Shown here: one piece after another, positions 1 through 9,661 of the stretch
Layout: every line of letters begins with the position of its first letter
How positions within the stretch are numbered: position 1 is the first letter of the stretch
Origin: a phage
Length of the DNA stretch: 64,000 bases
Assembly (NCBI GenBank): GCA_014435945.1
Contig: GCA_014435945.1_4088.1
Strand: one strand, 5' to 3'
The notes under the pieces: model-generated
Told to the model about the DNA's origin: nothing
The model's database searches: none
Seen by the model: the letters and a program-made list of their open reading frames with translations, nothing else
Program-made: the position numbers and the translations under genes

Positions 1-11
1 AGCACTTTGAG

Positions 12-221
12 GTGCAATGCTTAAATGAAGGAATGAATCGTTTAGTACAAATTTACATGAAATCATTTATAGGTGTTGACACCGCACGTCTACCAGTATA
101 TAATTACTTCATTGAAAGCGAAGAAGGTGAATCACTTCGTGATTATGGTGAAAGATTTAATAATAAAGTTTTCACTGCAATCGCAAACGAGATTCATTAC
201 TATAAACCGTATGTAATTTAA
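12..221 (+). CDS. hypothetical protein (GTG start; frame is open to the window edge, so possibly 5'-truncated)
   Basis: ORF track; no in-frame stop between position 3 and 12. Confidence 0.35.
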   Translation: MQCLNEGMNRLVQIYMKSFIGVDTARLPVYNYFIESEEGESLRDYGERFNNKVFTAIANEIHYYKPYVI

Positions 222-235
222 TTAGAGGATATATC

Positions 236-418
236 ATGCAAATCATCATTCTTATCGTAGGTATCATTCTTGGTGTATATGGTCACTCCTGGATGAACGA
301 GAAGTTTCCTAATACCCGTCCTGAGTATTGCAGTACTAATGTATTCCAGAATAGTGATAAACCAAAGGATAGTATTGGTAAGAAACTGGACAAAGTACTT
401 GACGTAATCAACGAATAA
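236..418 (+). CDS. hypothetical small protein with N-terminal hydrophobic segment
   Basis: ORF track; GAGG-like SD upstream; co-oriented compact gene run. Confidence 0.45.
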   Translation: MQIIILIVGIILGVYGHSWMNEKFPNTRPEYCSTNVFQNSDKPKDSIGKKLDKVLDVINE

Positions 419-427
419 GGGTAAAGT

Positions 428-628
428 ATGTTTAAATCAAATTCGAATGTTGGTAAGAAGGTTCAATTACTTGAGGATGTATCCACCTTGAGTGGAATTT
501 TCCCAAGAGGTCACATCATGACTATTATTGCCGAAACATCCCGTGGGTGGGATTTAGAAGATGCTGACGGTAATCGCATCCTTGAGGCTGGATTCTATGG
601 TCATCGTGAATATAAAATCATTGATTAA
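428..628 (+). CDS. hypothetical protein
   Basis: ORF track; SD-like AAGGG upstream. Confidence 0.45.
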   Translation: MFKSNSNVGKKVQLLEDVSTLSGIFPRGHIMTIIAETSRGWDLEDADGNRILEAGFYGHREYKIID

Positions 629-637
629 GGATGTAAC

Positions 638-721
638 ATGACTTTAGAGATTATCTTTGGTATTGTTAGCTTAGTCATCTGTGTGGGTTGGTTTGGGTAT
701 CTGATGATTTTTGGTGATTAA
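638..721 (+). CDS. putative 27-aa hydrophobic peptide (MTLEIIFGIVSLVICVGWFGYLMIFGD)
   Basis: Read manually; AAGGA upstream; below ORF-track cutoff. Confidence 0.25.
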   Translation: MTLEIIFGIVSLVICVGWFGYLMIFGD

Positions 722-724
722 TAC

Positions 725-755
725 TTGACATAAGATATCAGTACTGTATAATGTT
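725..755 (+). promoter_or_regulatory. sigma70-like promoter TTGACA-N17-TATAAT (spacer contains AGTACTG)
   Basis: ttgacataagatatcagtactgtataat seen directly. Confidence 0.55.
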
Positions 756-845
756 TATATCAAAGGGAATGCAGTGAAAGGAAAGACAGCATAATCGTAC
801 TCGTCACTGCGTTCCCGCCCTTTTAAATTAAATGAGGAATTAACT

Positions 846-1154
846 ATGTTTCAAACTAACACTCAAGGTTTTGTAATCATCGATTTGAACCAAAACAGCG
901 GTTATTGGATGAAACCTACTGACGCATGTATGCAGTTTGATTTTTTAGGTTACAGGATTAGTGTAAGTACTGGTGCTTCTGTACTGAGAGGTGGTTGTAT
1001 CGTTGAACATCTGGTAACTGATCCAGAAGGTCGTGAGTATGAAATCGCAGGTTCAGTACAAGATGCCATTATGTTTGTATGTCAGCGTGAAATGAATGGT
1101 TCGAATTCAAATGCACTGACTCATGCTCTTTCTCAAGAAGTGGAGGTTCGTTAA
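846..1154 (+). CDS. hypothetical protein
   Basis: ORF track; promoter and structured leader upstream. Confidence 0.5.
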   Translation: MFQTNTQGFVIIDLNQNSGYWMKPTDACMQFDFLGYRISVSTGASVLRGGCIVEHLVTDPEGREYEIAGSVQDAIMFVCQREMNGSNSNALTHALSQEVEVR

Positions 1155-1399
1155 TGAAATATATCGTAGCAGTACTCGTAGCATTTTTACTCACTGCATG
1201 TGATGCTTCAACCAAAGAACGCACAAGTGATTTTATTCTCCCGACTGAATTAAAAGAAGCCGGATGTAAGATTTATCGTATGCAAAAGGACGGTGCTGAC
1301 GTAACCTTGTATACAGTTTATTGTCCTAATGCAAATACAAGTACTGGATACACTAGCGGTAAAACACGAATCAACACTTCCGTAATTCATGGAGAATAA
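1154..1399 (+). CDS. putative lipoprotein (signal peptide with LTAC lipobox)
   Basis: N-terminus MKYIVAVLVAFLLTAC; start overlaps upstream stop. Confidence 0.5.
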   Translation: MKYIVAVLVAFLLTACDASTKERTSDFILPTELKEAGCKIYRMQKDGADVTLYTVYCPNANTSTGYTSGKTRINTSVIHGE

Positions 1400-1401
1400 C
1401 A

Positions 1402-1770
1402 ATGAGCCTTGATACAACACGTGTAGCAGGTGATTTAACTCGTCTGAATAATGAAGAATTTCTTGCTGAAATAAAGTACAAGCTTGAAAAACTGGCACGA
1501 AGTGCTGAAGTAATTGAAGTTGAAGGTCACTTACCAATGGACCAATTCCATACGTTCAACGAAGATATGGTTTATTATCCAAATGAAATTTGGATTGAGT
1601 GGGAGTCATGGACTAACAATGTTCTCCGAATCGAAGGGTATTGTGTGAATTATGAATCTGAACCTGGTGATGTTACAAAAACTCTCTCAATTTGGTGTAC
1701 AAAAACACATGAACTAGTTGAGGTGAATTTGAATTATATGAAGGGCTTCCGTTGGGGTGATGTTCAATGA
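1402..1770 (+). CDS. hypothetical protein
   Basis: ORF track. Confidence 0.5.
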   Translation: MSLDTTRVAGDLTRLNNEEFLAEIKYKLEKLARSAEVIEVEGHLPMDQFHTFNEDMVYYPNEIWIEWESWTNNVLRIEGYCVNYESEPGDVTKTLSIWCTKTHELVEVNLNYMKGFRWGDVQ

Positions 1771-2042
1771 TTAAAAAACTATTGACTGTGGTCTTTGTAT
1801 TCTGTACAATGTTTCTTACAGCATGTAATGATGACGGCAGGTTTAGTGCAAAAGACTTAGTTCGTCAGGATTGTACATTCACAGGTAAGTCTTTTATTAA
1901 CGAGTATGAAATATGTACACAATCAGGTCGTATCTGTGGTGGTTGGGAAAAACGTCAGGAGCGATTGTATGTATATGAATGCCCTGGACATCTCAACAAA
2001 GTACTAAGCACACACAAACTTGTTTATGATAAGGTTGAATAA
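1767..2042 (+). CDS. putative lipoprotein (LTAC lipobox)
   Basis: N-terminus MIKKLLTVVFVFCTMFLTAC; overlapping start/stop. Confidence 0.5.
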   Translation: MIKKLLTVVFVFCTMFLTACNDDGRFSAKDLVRQDCTFTGKSFINEYEICTQSGRICGGWEKRQERLYVYECPGHLNKVLSTHKLVYDKVE

Positions 2043-2257
2043 TGACTACCAATGAAATGATGCAGGTTATTTGGGATAAAGGTTGTGATATTAAAATCAC
2101 TAGTACTGATGTTCGTGTATTCAAAACTGAATACATGGAGTACTTGGACCTTGATACTTATAATAATATTGTATCAATTGAACACAAAGGTGCAGTACTG
2201 GAAACAATTGACGTAGTACTGAAGAAAGCTACCGACCTATTAGGAGTGGCAGTGTGA
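2042..2257 (+). CDS. hypothetical protein
   Basis: ORF track; overlapping start/stop coupling. Confidence 0.45.
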   Translation: MTTNEMMQVIWDKGCDIKITSTDVRVFKTEYMEYLDLDTYNNIVSIEHKGAVLETIDVVLKKATDLLGVAV

Positions 2258-2400
2258 ATAACAAAGAGTGGGAAGATTACCGCAAGAAGTGCAGGGAGTT
2301 TGATAAAGAACTTACTGGTGCAGTGAATGCGGTAATGTGGGTATCTTCAATTATTGCAGTACTTGGTTTGGGTTCTATTATTATTAATAAATTTTTATAG
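2254..2400 (+). CDS. putative 48-aa protein with C-terminal TM helix (GTG start)
   Basis: Read manually; fills gap between neighbours; GTG overlaps upstream stop. Confidence 0.3.
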   Translation: MNNKEWEDYRKKCREFDKELTGAVNAVMWVSSIIAVLGLGSIIINKFL

Positions 2401-2408
2401 GAATTCCC

Positions 2409-2609
2409 ATGCTTACTTTATATCTCGCAGTAGTTCTCACCAATGGTGAGATCACTCGTACTATTGGTGAAGGTGTATATAAAACACCTGACCAGTGCTA
2501 CTCTGCTACTCATTGGCCTCGCGATAGTGGGGATGAAACTCGCACTGAATTCAAATGCATGAAAGTAAAAGGTGATTTTGTTAACCTTAAGGTTATCGAG
2601 GCGAAATAA
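2409..2609 (+). CDS. hypothetical protein
   Basis: ORF track. Confidence 0.45.
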   Translation: MLTLYLAVVLTNGEITRTIGEGVYKTPDQCYSATHWPRDSGDETRTEFKCMKVKGDFVNLKVIEAK

Positions 2610-3124
2610 TGGATATTAATGAGTTGTTGATCTTATTGTTTAATCGTGGAAATGATGTAAGACGTTCTGAATATCAAGACAAAATTCACATTGAAACTGA
2701 TAAATGTTATGGTAAAACAACTCATGAGATTTTGAAGCCAAATGGCAAACGATATGCCGATGTATGTTTTCATGAACGAAGTGATGGTAGTGAAATAATC
2801 AGTACTGAAATTGTGTTTTATGATAGATCCTCGGCAGGTTCGTATGAAATAGAACTTATATATTGTCCTGGTTCAGAAACACACAATAAACGTCAGATAT
2901 TATATGATGTTTATTCACCACCAGGTGTAGCTGAATATTTTGTTATTGATTACAGTACTGAAGAAAGTGTGTTTCAACAGAGCTTGATTCATAACTTCCA
3001 GTTGAATGACCCAAATGTACCAAAGTTGTTCAAACTACTCGATACTATCGATGTTGATTTTGAATTTGTTATGTGCATTAGAACTTCCTTGATCGATGAA
3101 TTTATGGAACTACTTAATATATGA
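2609..3124 (+). CDS. hypothetical protein
   Basis: ORF track. Confidence 0.5.
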   Translation: MDINELLILLFNRGNDVRRSEYQDKIHIETDKCYGKTTHEILKPNGKRYADVCFHERSDGSEIISTEIVFYDRSSAGSYEIELIYCPGSETHNKRQILYDVYSPPGVAEYFVIDYSTEESVFQQSLIHNFQLNDPNVPKLFKLLDTIDVDFEFVMCIRTSLIDEFMELLNI

Positions 3125-3342
3125 ATCGTTACTACATTGTTTATGAGCATGTGTCTGAGTTTAATAATGTACGTGGCTATAAGAAAGAAGTACAGAAGAT
3201 TGATGTATTTGTTCGTGCATTAAGTCCAACACATGCACTATTTAAATTGTTTGATGAAGTAACTAAGTACAACACACCAAAAACACAACGCTATGTTGAA
3301 ACAGTACATAGTGTAATACTCACAGAATATGATGGAGAATGA
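3121..3342 (+). CDS. hypothetical protein
   Basis: ORF track. Confidence 0.45.
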   Translation: MNRYYIVYEHVSEFNNVRGYKKEVQKIDVFVRALSPTHALFKLFDEVTKYNTPKTQRYVETVHSVILTEYDGE

Positions 3343-3345
3343 CAA

Positions 3346-3564
3346 ATGAATTTATATCTAGTTGAAGGGTCAGTACAAGTATCCAAGCAAGACGGAGACG
3401 GGTATCGTTTTTCACATGTGGAAAATTTTAAGTACGTAGTAAAGGCCGATGGTCAGTACGACGCAGAAATTCAGGTTGAAGAATCATTCCGTAAGAAGAA
3501 TGATATTGGTAAATTCGAATACCAGAACTTACAATTCACTGTATGGCCTAGCATTAATGACTAA
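3346..3564 (+). CDS. hypothetical protein
   Basis: ORF track. Confidence 0.45.
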   Translation: MNLYLVEGSVQVSKQDGDGYRFSHVENFKYVVKADGQYDAEIQVEESFRKKNDIGKFEYQNLQFTVWPSIND

Positions 3565-3565
3565 A

Positions 3566-3769
3566 ATGTGGTGGTGTCATGGTGTCTACAATGTCTATGA
3601 ATATGGTAGATTCAAAATGAGCAGCACCTATGCCAGACGTGTTAATGCGAAAAACCAAGTTGATGCTGCTTGTGAGATTGTAGAGTGGTATGCAGAGTTC
3701 AATGCAATTGATTTTATGTACGAAATAGTTACAATAAATGTTGTACAAATTGACACGTCTTTGATATAA
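3566..3769 (+). CDS. hypothetical protein (internal ATG of track ORF 3449..3769 chosen to avoid overlap)
   Basis: ATG directly after upstream stop. Confidence 0.35.
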   Translation: MWWCHGVYNVYEYGRFKMSSTYARRVNAKNQVDAACEIVEWYAEFNAIDFMYEIVTINVVQIDTSLI

Positions 3770-3803
3770 TAACTGTATCAAAACAACCGCAACTGAGGAT
3801 ACT

Positions 3804-4466
3804 ATGTTAGTTAATCTTAATTTCATCACTTCTCCTGATTGGGCATTGCGTGGTGTTTCTTTGAACTTTAAAGAAACTAATTTCGACTACATTGGTGATT
3901 GTACTTTAGTTAATGCTACATTTGATCCTCATCATCCTTTTTGGGCTGAGATTCATGATCCTAATGTAAACAATAGTACATCTGTTATGACTATTGTACA
4001 GACGAAACATACAGGTATCCTCTCAGGTTACAGACCTGAACATGCCATCGAGCACTTCACTGATTATGATGTAGTAGATGCATATCCAATGATCCATGAA
4101 GATGGAAGTTTATACACGTCAGAAGACTTCCGTGCTATCTTTAATAGTACTGATAACATTCTACCAAGTGGTCGTCCACGCCCTGAGTCTTATCTTATGC
4201 ACCCGTCTTATGGTGTAGCAGATACGCTTGAACAGATTTTGACGAAGTACAAGAACCTTATTGAAGGTCCAGAAGAAATTGTCTTGTGCTATCATCCAGT
4301 ACTGAAGTCTGACCAACCAGAGAGTGGTGGGTGGCGTTGGCATAAGAATGGTGAGTACATCGGTACTAAGCGTAGTAAAGAACGCTTTGAGTACTTGTAT
4401 GATGAGCCAGATGTTGAGGTTGTTTTATGTTATAATTTTCTTAAGGTGAAAAAGAAATGTATCTAG
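3804..4466 (+). CDS. hypothetical protein (220 aa)
   Basis: ORF track; SD GAGGA upstream. Confidence 0.55.
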   Translation: MLVNLNFITSPDWALRGVSLNFKETNFDYIGDCTLVNATFDPHHPFWAEIHDPNVNNSTSVMTIVQTKHTGILSGYRPEHAIEHFTDYDVVDAYPMIHEDGSLYTSEDFRAIFNSTDNILPSGRPRPESYLMHPSYGVADTLEQILTKYKNLIEGPEEIVLCYHPVLKSDQPESGGWRWHKNGEYIGTKRSKERFEYLYDEPDVEVVLCYNFLKVKKKCI

Positions 4467-4699
4467 TATTGAGTTTTGTAGTCGCATTATTGTTTATGTT
4501 CTACCCTACACTAGTAGCAGTAGCCACTAAACGAAAGCTGGTGGATATCACTACGGTATTCTTGCTAAACGTGGCACTCGTTCTAGTGTCTATTATCATT
4601 CCCGTGAACTTTACGGTTATTGACATGGCATCTGTATTACTATTCGTCTTCAGTTATCTTATGCTTATTGAAGAAAAACCTGTTGACAAACGTTTGTAG
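4457..4699 (+). CDS. small membrane protein (2 predicted TM)
   Basis: Hydrophobic composition. Confidence 0.45.
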   Translation: MYLVLSFVVALLFMFYPTLVAVATKRKLVDITTVFLLNVALVLVSIIIPVNFTVIDMASVLLFVFSYLMLIEEKPVDKRL

Positions 4700-4712
4700 T
4701 ACTGTATAATGG
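4682..4712 (+). promoter_or_regulatory. sigma70-like promoter TTGACA-N16-TATAAT (AGTACTG before -10)
   Basis: ttgacaaacgtttgtagtactgtataat. Confidence 0.5.
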
Positions 4713-4757
4713 TTCTTGTAGTCTGAAACTTAACACTTAAACTTGAGGATATAAAAC

Positions 4758-5084
4758 ATGTTATCAGTTCTAATTTCAATTCCTGCTCTAATTCTGTTAT
4801 GGGTTATGGTTTTCGAATTCTTCATTAAAGACGAAACCGAGCGTGATGAGTTTCGTGAGTTGTTTATGTTAGACTCACCCATTGCACGAATCTTCTTCGT
4901 TGTAGTACTTATTTCAGTACTGTCATGGTTAGTAAGTTTTGTATTACCAATTGGACCATTTGTTTCAATTATGAATTTAGTTGAGAACATTGTTGGTATT
5001 GTATGGTTTACTAATGCATTGTTTGCTGGTAAAGTTTCCATTTGGTTTGATATCTTGAAAGATAAACTAACTAGTAAGAAGTAA
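4758..5084 (+). CDS. small membrane protein (about 3 TM)
   Basis: Hydrophobic composition; SD GAGGA. Confidence 0.5.
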   Translation: MLSVLISIPALILLWVMVFEFFIKDETERDEFRELFMLDSPIARIFFVVVLISVLSWLVSFVLPIGPFVSIMNLVENIVGIVWFTNALFAGKVSIWFDILKDKLTSKK

Positions 5085-5162
5085 CGTTCAAAAAGTCTCT
5101 AATAGTATTAAATACTTCTGTACAAATAATATGTGCAGAAGTATTGCTCGTTAGAGGTTATA

Positions 5163-5528
5163 ATGAAAAAATATATAAGAATGATAATGGTGTTTGTAGT
5201 ATTCATGCTTTATTCAAGGTTCAGTACAGCCGTACCTGCTTACCTTGATTGTATGGGAAACGATGGAACATGGCATGTACTTTCTAATGACCCACAAAAT
5301 GGAAACAATATTGTCGTAGATGATGAGGTTTACCGTTTCAGGGCCGAGAGTTTGATTGGGAATAAAAAGGTATCGACATATAAATCAGATGCTGGTATAA
5401 TAGCAAATGTAATATTGATAGTGGACCCCAAGACAAAGGATGGGGATATTTACATAGTCATTTATCAAGATTCGTCGAATAAACGCGATCAGGACATTGA
5501 TAAATTGAATATTCATTGTGAACTGTAA
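5163..5528 (+). CDS. secreted protein (signal peptide); start moved to internal ATG with SD
   Basis: N-terminus MKKYIRMIMVFVVFMLYS; GAGG upstream. Confidence 0.5.
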   Translation: MKKYIRMIMVFVVFMLYSRFSTAVPAYLDCMGNDGTWHVLSNDPQNGNNIVVDDEVYRFRAESLIGNKKVSTYKSDAGIIANVILIVDPKTKDGDIYIVIYQDSSNKRDQDIDKLNIHCEL

Positions 5529-5538
5529 GGTATAACAA

Positions 5539-5922
5539 ATGATAAACGATGTAATGCTTTATGTATTAATTACTCCGATTCTTATTAACTCAGTAATAAC
5601 TATTTCAATGGCATTATTTGGTATAGTAGCAATTGTTTATGCTGTTAGTACTGGAAAGTATACTTTAATTAGTAAGGTTGATTCATGGTTCGCATCTGAT
5701 AGTGTACCATATTCAGCTAGTATGATTACGATTGGTATTCTAATCGTTGCATTTACACTGCACTGTATTGGTTTTATTAATACAAGTATTTTTTCAGTTT
5801 TTATTGGTCTATCATTATATCCATCACTTTGGTACTTGATTTATGTAACCGATGTTTGGTATAATAACTACAAGCAGTACAAAGTGAAGAAATCCATTTT
5901 ATCCAAAGGAAACAAATCATGA
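5539..5922 (+). CDS. multi-pass membrane protein
   Basis: Hydrophobic composition. Confidence 0.5.
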   Translation: MINDVMLYVLITPILINSVITISMALFGIVAIVYAVSTGKYTLISKVDSWFASDSVPYSASMITIGILIVAFTLHCIGFINTSIFSVFIGLSLYPSLWYLIYVTDVWYNNYKQYKVKKSILSKGNKS

Positions 5923-6269
5923 AAGTAATTTTGTTTTTTGTTTGTATGATTATATGTGGTATGTCTTATGCAGAACCATTACCTGGACTAGTCTGTACTG
6001 AAGGTGATATTAAACACATTTACCAAGGTGATAGCGATGACCATACTATCGTTTATATCGACGGTGAAGTGTATAATTTTGTTAAAGAACATACCGTAGG
6101 TGACATTAGTTTTACGCAGTACTCGAACGATACTGATCCCAATATGCTTGCATTTCTTCAAGTTGATGTATATGAAGATAGTAATGGCGAACAGTATGTT
6201 AAACTTGTGATGATGCGTAAGGCAGCAAAACAGGCAACATTCGGTGGCTTGTGTAAATATGAGGACTAA
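5919..6269 (+). CDS. secreted protein (signal peptide)
   Basis: N-terminus MKVILFFVCMIICGMSYA. Confidence 0.5.
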   Translation: MKVILFFVCMIICGMSYAEPLPGLVCTEGDIKHIYQGDSDDHTIVYIDGEVYNFVKEHTVGDISFTQYSNDTDPNMLAFLQVDVYEDSNGEQYVKLVMMRKAAKQATFGGLCKYED

Positions 6270-6273
6270 ACAT

Positions 6274-6465
6274 ATGTTGATTTATCAATGTGATAACATT
6301 CGTGTTATGCAGCATCCCTACTTACAAATCTTTGATGTGCAGCAGTATATGGAAGGTGATGACCCAAGAACCTATGGTCGTAAGTATGATTACTTCACTG
6401 TAAAGCAGTGTCGTAACATCAAAGAAGTACGACAATTAGTTCAAGAACTTCAAAATAAAGGTTGA
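6274..6465 (+). CDS. hypothetical protein (internal ATG with GAGG SD)
   Basis: Avoids 26-nt overlap of track start 6244. Confidence 0.4.
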   Translation: MLIYQCDNIRVMQHPYLQIFDVQQYMEGDDPRTYGRKYDYFTVKQCRNIKEVRQLVQELQNKG

Positions 6466-6500
6466 CTTCGGTCAGCCTTTTTTGTTATAATTATTTCATC
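6458..6500 (+). promoter_or_regulatory. PeSL-like cassette: terminator hairpin (UUCG loop) with embedded TTGACT -35, T-run, TATAAT -10
   Basis: ggttgacttcggtcagccttttttgttataat; resembles RB49-type promoter-early stem-loops. Confidence 0.7.
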
Positions 6501-6520
6501 AAATACTGGGGATTTTAATT

Positions 6521-6961
6521 ATGTACGTATATCGTTTTGAACTTAAATTCAGTTATATTGAACCTAACTTAGATCCAGCAAAAACAGTAGGTCCGTTCGC
6601 ACGGTACTCTTCACGATACAGTACTAAAAATGGATTTGACCGTTTGTGCATGACCACGCCTTCGCAATTCCAACCAGAACCAACTGAAGATGGAATCTAT
6701 TCAATCAAACGTGGCTGGGCATTTGGCTGTCAGAGTTTGAATGATTTGTTTAAGTTCTTTACTATGGACTTGGGTAAATTACATCGTGCAGGGTTTGCTG
6801 TATCAGTATATGAAGTTCCTGATAATCATGTTGACATTGGTCGTAGTCAGGTTCAGTACTATTGTGGTAGTGCCAATCTGGTTCGTATCATGTCAGTGAG
6901 AGAAGCAAAGGATGAGTACCGCCAAAGTAAAAGAGTAATACATGAGGCTGTATATGGATAA
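6521..6961 (+). CDS. hypothetical protein
   Basis: ORF track; downstream of PeSL-like promoter. Confidence 0.5.
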   Translation: MYVYRFELKFSYIEPNLDPAKTVGPFARYSSRYSTKNGFDRLCMTTPSQFQPEPTEDGIYSIKRGWAFGCQSLNDLFKFFTMDLGKLHRAGFAVSVYEVPDNHVDIGRSQVQYYCGSANLVRIMSVREAKDEYRQSKRVIHEAVYG

Positions 6962-7298
6962 GACTCAAATAGAATTAAAAAAATTTGTATCGTTTTATCT
7001 ACCCAATGACCCACGTTGTACACAATATGATGTTGCATATTACAATGCATTGACTACACAGTTAATGAAGAAATTCAAACAGTGTTTGACTGTATTCAAT
7101 GATGATGGTAGACGTAGATATAGAATCATTCCAATGAATGATGAAAACGATAACTACTTTGACTTTGATGTTGTTTTTCGAGCATACAATGATGATAGAA
7201 TAAAATTAAATTATGAGCAAATAATGCTTGACCTGAGTGTTATCTGTGTTATAATTACTCACATAGCCGAACTTGATGGTTTAAAAGAATGGTATTAA
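6954..7298 (+). CDS. hypothetical protein
   Basis: Internal ATG with GAGG SD. Confidence 0.45.
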   Translation: MDKTQIELKKFVSFYLPNDPRCTQYDVAYYNALTTQLMKKFKQCLTVFNDDGRRRYRIIPMNDENDNYFDFDVVFRAYNDDRIKLNYEQIMLDLSVICVIITHIAELDGLKEWY

Positions 7299-7312
7299 CT
7301 TAGAGGATAATC

Positions 7313-7579
7313 ATGAAGCTTAAATTACAATACAATGGTTTTACTTTGCGTAACGACACTGAGTTTGTCAATCGTTCACCAGGTGCTGAGTTGTTTTTGC
7401 GAGAGATGAACATTCCTTTTGTCATCACTACTGTTGGTGACCGTGAAGTGCTACAATACGCAGAGCATCCTGAGATTGATGTTCCGTGGTATTCTGAGCA
7501 TATGTACATGGATATGGCCCGTCGCTACGACTGTAAGTTCGTAGTTGAAGGTGATAAAATTACAGTCCAATTCAAATAA
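7313..7579 (+). CDS. hypothetical protein
   Basis: ORF track; SD GAGGA. Confidence 0.5.
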   Translation: MKLKLQYNGFTLRNDTEFVNRSPGAELFLREMNIPFVITTVGDREVLQYAEHPEIDVPWYSEHMYMDMARRYDCKFVVEGDKITVQFK

Positions 7580-7590
7580 GGTAACTTAAA

Positions 7591-7884
7591 ATGATCAGTA
7601 CTTCAGTAAATGCAAGCATCGTGGCAGACGTAGAAATGGTTAAAGAATGTACAGACGAAACCCTTCGCAACATGTACATCAATGATTTGATTTCAGAGTA
7701 CGGAAGTCGTGGTGTTCATGAGTTTGTTCGCCTAAGCGGTGAATTGATGAAGAATCGCATTCGTATGAAGCTTAATGTGCATCCAAAAGCATGGGCGTTT
7801 ACAATGAAGTACGCTGAAGATATTGTTGAGTTGCGTCGCAATGATGTGTATAATCGTTTACACAATGGTACATTAAAGGACTAA
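7591..7884 (+). CDS. hypothetical protein
   Basis: ORF track. Confidence 0.5.
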   Translation: MISTSVNASIVADVEMVKECTDETLRNMYINDLISEYGSRGVHEFVRLSGELMKNRIRMKLNVHPKAWAFTMKYAEDIVELRRNDVYNRLHNGTLKD

Positions 7885-7890
7885 ATTATA

Positions 7891-7921
7891 GGAATCCGTA
7901 AAAGGATTCCTGTTCTTGTTT
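7891..7921 (+). terminator. intrinsic terminator (GGAATCC-N6-GGATTCC plus T-rich tail)
   Basis: Inverted repeat and T-run seen directly. Confidence 0.55.
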
Positions 7922-7934
7922 ATAAGGTAATAAA

Positions 7935-8159
7935 ATGAAATATCTAGTACTAGTACTGCTATTCTTGAGTACTGTTGTATGTGCTAAACCAAAGTATCAT
8001 GTAGTGTGTATCAACGAGATGGAAGGATATACTGAAACATATAAGAACCATATTGTTGAAGTTGCAGCCCAAGGTTCCTATGGGACCATCATCTTCCTTA
8101 AGAACAATGTGATTGTTCAGTACAAAAAAGATTCAAATTGTAAAGTGACTAAAAATTGA
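7935..8159 (+). CDS. small secreted protein (signal peptide)
   Basis: N-terminus MKYLVLVLLFLSTVVCA. Confidence 0.5.
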   Translation: MKYLVLVLLFLSTVVCAKPKYHVVCINEMEGYTETYKNHIVEVAAQGSYGTIIFLKNNVIVQYKKDSNCKVTKN

Positions 8160-8229
8160 TCTAGATCAATTTTTCAGATATTCTCTGTAAATAATAGCAG
8201 TACAGAACATTATTTTACGGAGGTGTAAT

Positions 8230-8466
8230 ATGGAAACTATAATCATCATATGTGCGTTGTTTGCATTTTTGGTAATGTGGTCACCAACATTCATTGCATA
8301 TAAAATGAAAAATAAAAATGCAGAAGCAATTATGTACGTAAACTTATGTTGCATACTAACTTATGGAATACTTTTATTCTTTACTGAATTTACATTAATC
8401 CCAGTAGTAGTTTGTTCATCAATGTTTATTTGGTTGTTTCTGCTTTATGAATCTATTAAAAAATAA
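8230..8466 (+). CDS. small membrane protein
   Basis: Hydrophobic composition; SD GGAGG. Confidence 0.45.
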   Translation: METIIIICALFAFLVMWSPTFIAYKMKNKNAEAIMYVNLCCILTYGILLFFTEFTLIPVVVCSSMFIWLFLLYESIKK

Positions 8467-8520
8467 AAGATATAGGGTTGGTAATATGCCATCCCTTTTA
8501 CTTTATGTGGGGTTTAATTA

Positions 8521-9093
8521 ATGAATAGAAAAGGTAAGTTCAAAGTATCAAAGAAGAACAAAAGTTCTAGATTTAGACCTATAACTTTAACTTTTAAGGC
8601 TAAAGAAGAATTAACTGCACTTAGTAAAAAGATAATTTCATCTAAGATTAAAGTATCATACGTAAATTCGTTAAAATTTCAGAAGGTTAAACCACAAGAC
8701 AAACTCATTTCACTTATATTTGAACGTAATGATTTTGAGATATTAGTAGATGATTATAGAGCCTATAATGCTGGATTCATCCATGTCACTTGTAATACCG
8801 AACTAACTGAGTTGGAACATTTGACATGTATCATAAGTGTAGATAACGGTGTGGTGAAGTACAAATTTTTACATTTTACCAATATCAATAATGGAATGGG
8901 TGTACAATCCAGAACTATAGTACCTACATGTGATGTGACTAATTTAGCAAAGCTCAATGAAGAAGAATATTTTCAAGAAAGCATTGTAACTGAGCATTTA
9001 GATGCTATAATAGCAACTTACAAAGAATGCATATGGGTTTTGAATGCGATAAAGCCCAAATTGTGTTTAATGAATGTCGTTCGTGATTTATAA
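8521..9093 (+). CDS. hypothetical protein (190 aa)
   Basis: ORF track. Confidence 0.5.
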   Translation: MNRKGKFKVSKKNKSSRFRPITLTFKAKEELTALSKKIISSKIKVSYVNSLKFQKVKPQDKLISLIFERNDFEILVDDYRAYNAGFIHVTCNTELTELEHLTCIISVDNGVVKYKFLHFTNINNGMGVQSRTIVPTCDVTNLAKLNEEEYFQESIVTEHLDAIIATYKECIWVLNAIKPKLCLMNVVRDL

Positions 9094-9106
9094 CTGGAGA
9101 TGTAGT

Positions 9107-9550
9107 ATGGGTTGGATTAACGTTAATAGCATTGAGCTAAATGAGCAAGACATATTTGCCTTTGTTAATTTGGTAGAGAACATTGCTATTAAAGGTCGTC
9201 TGTTTAGTTCATCGGACGGTAAAAAATGGATCTCTCTTATGAACGACAATGGCGAGATTTATGACGTTATGCAACTACCTCATTGGGCTTATAAGAATAC
9301 ATCTGATGATGTGATGGCTGCTGTTATGCGTGAGTTTGAGAAGCTGCCAGGTGGTGATATTAAGAACATCGTATTCAATGCAGAACGCATGAACTACACA
9401 CCAGAGCAGCTTCAACAGTTGGCAATTGCTGCCTATCAAGCTGCCATTAAGAAACCTGAATGTGTGATATTAAAGTACACACCGGACTTGAAGTTAACAC
9501 TAGAAGATATGGATTCCTTTATCTTCAGTTCAGAACTTAAACAGTACTGA
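9107..9550 (+). CDS. hypothetical protein
   Basis: Internal ATG after GGAG SD. Confidence 0.5.
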   Translation: MGWINVNSIELNEQDIFAFVNLVENIAIKGRLFSSSDGKKWISLMNDNGEIYDVMQLPHWAYKNTSDDVMAAVMREFEKLPGGDIKNIVFNAERMNYTPEQLQQLAIAAYQAAIKKPECVILKYTPDLKLTLEDMDSFIFSSELKQY

Positions 9551-9661
9551 TTTGACTTTGGGACAACCATTTCTTACGTGATATAATCTTAAGTGTCTGT
9601 AGAAATAAACAGCACATGAAGTATAAATATTAAAGTAATTTATCTCTTTAAGGAGTATGAA

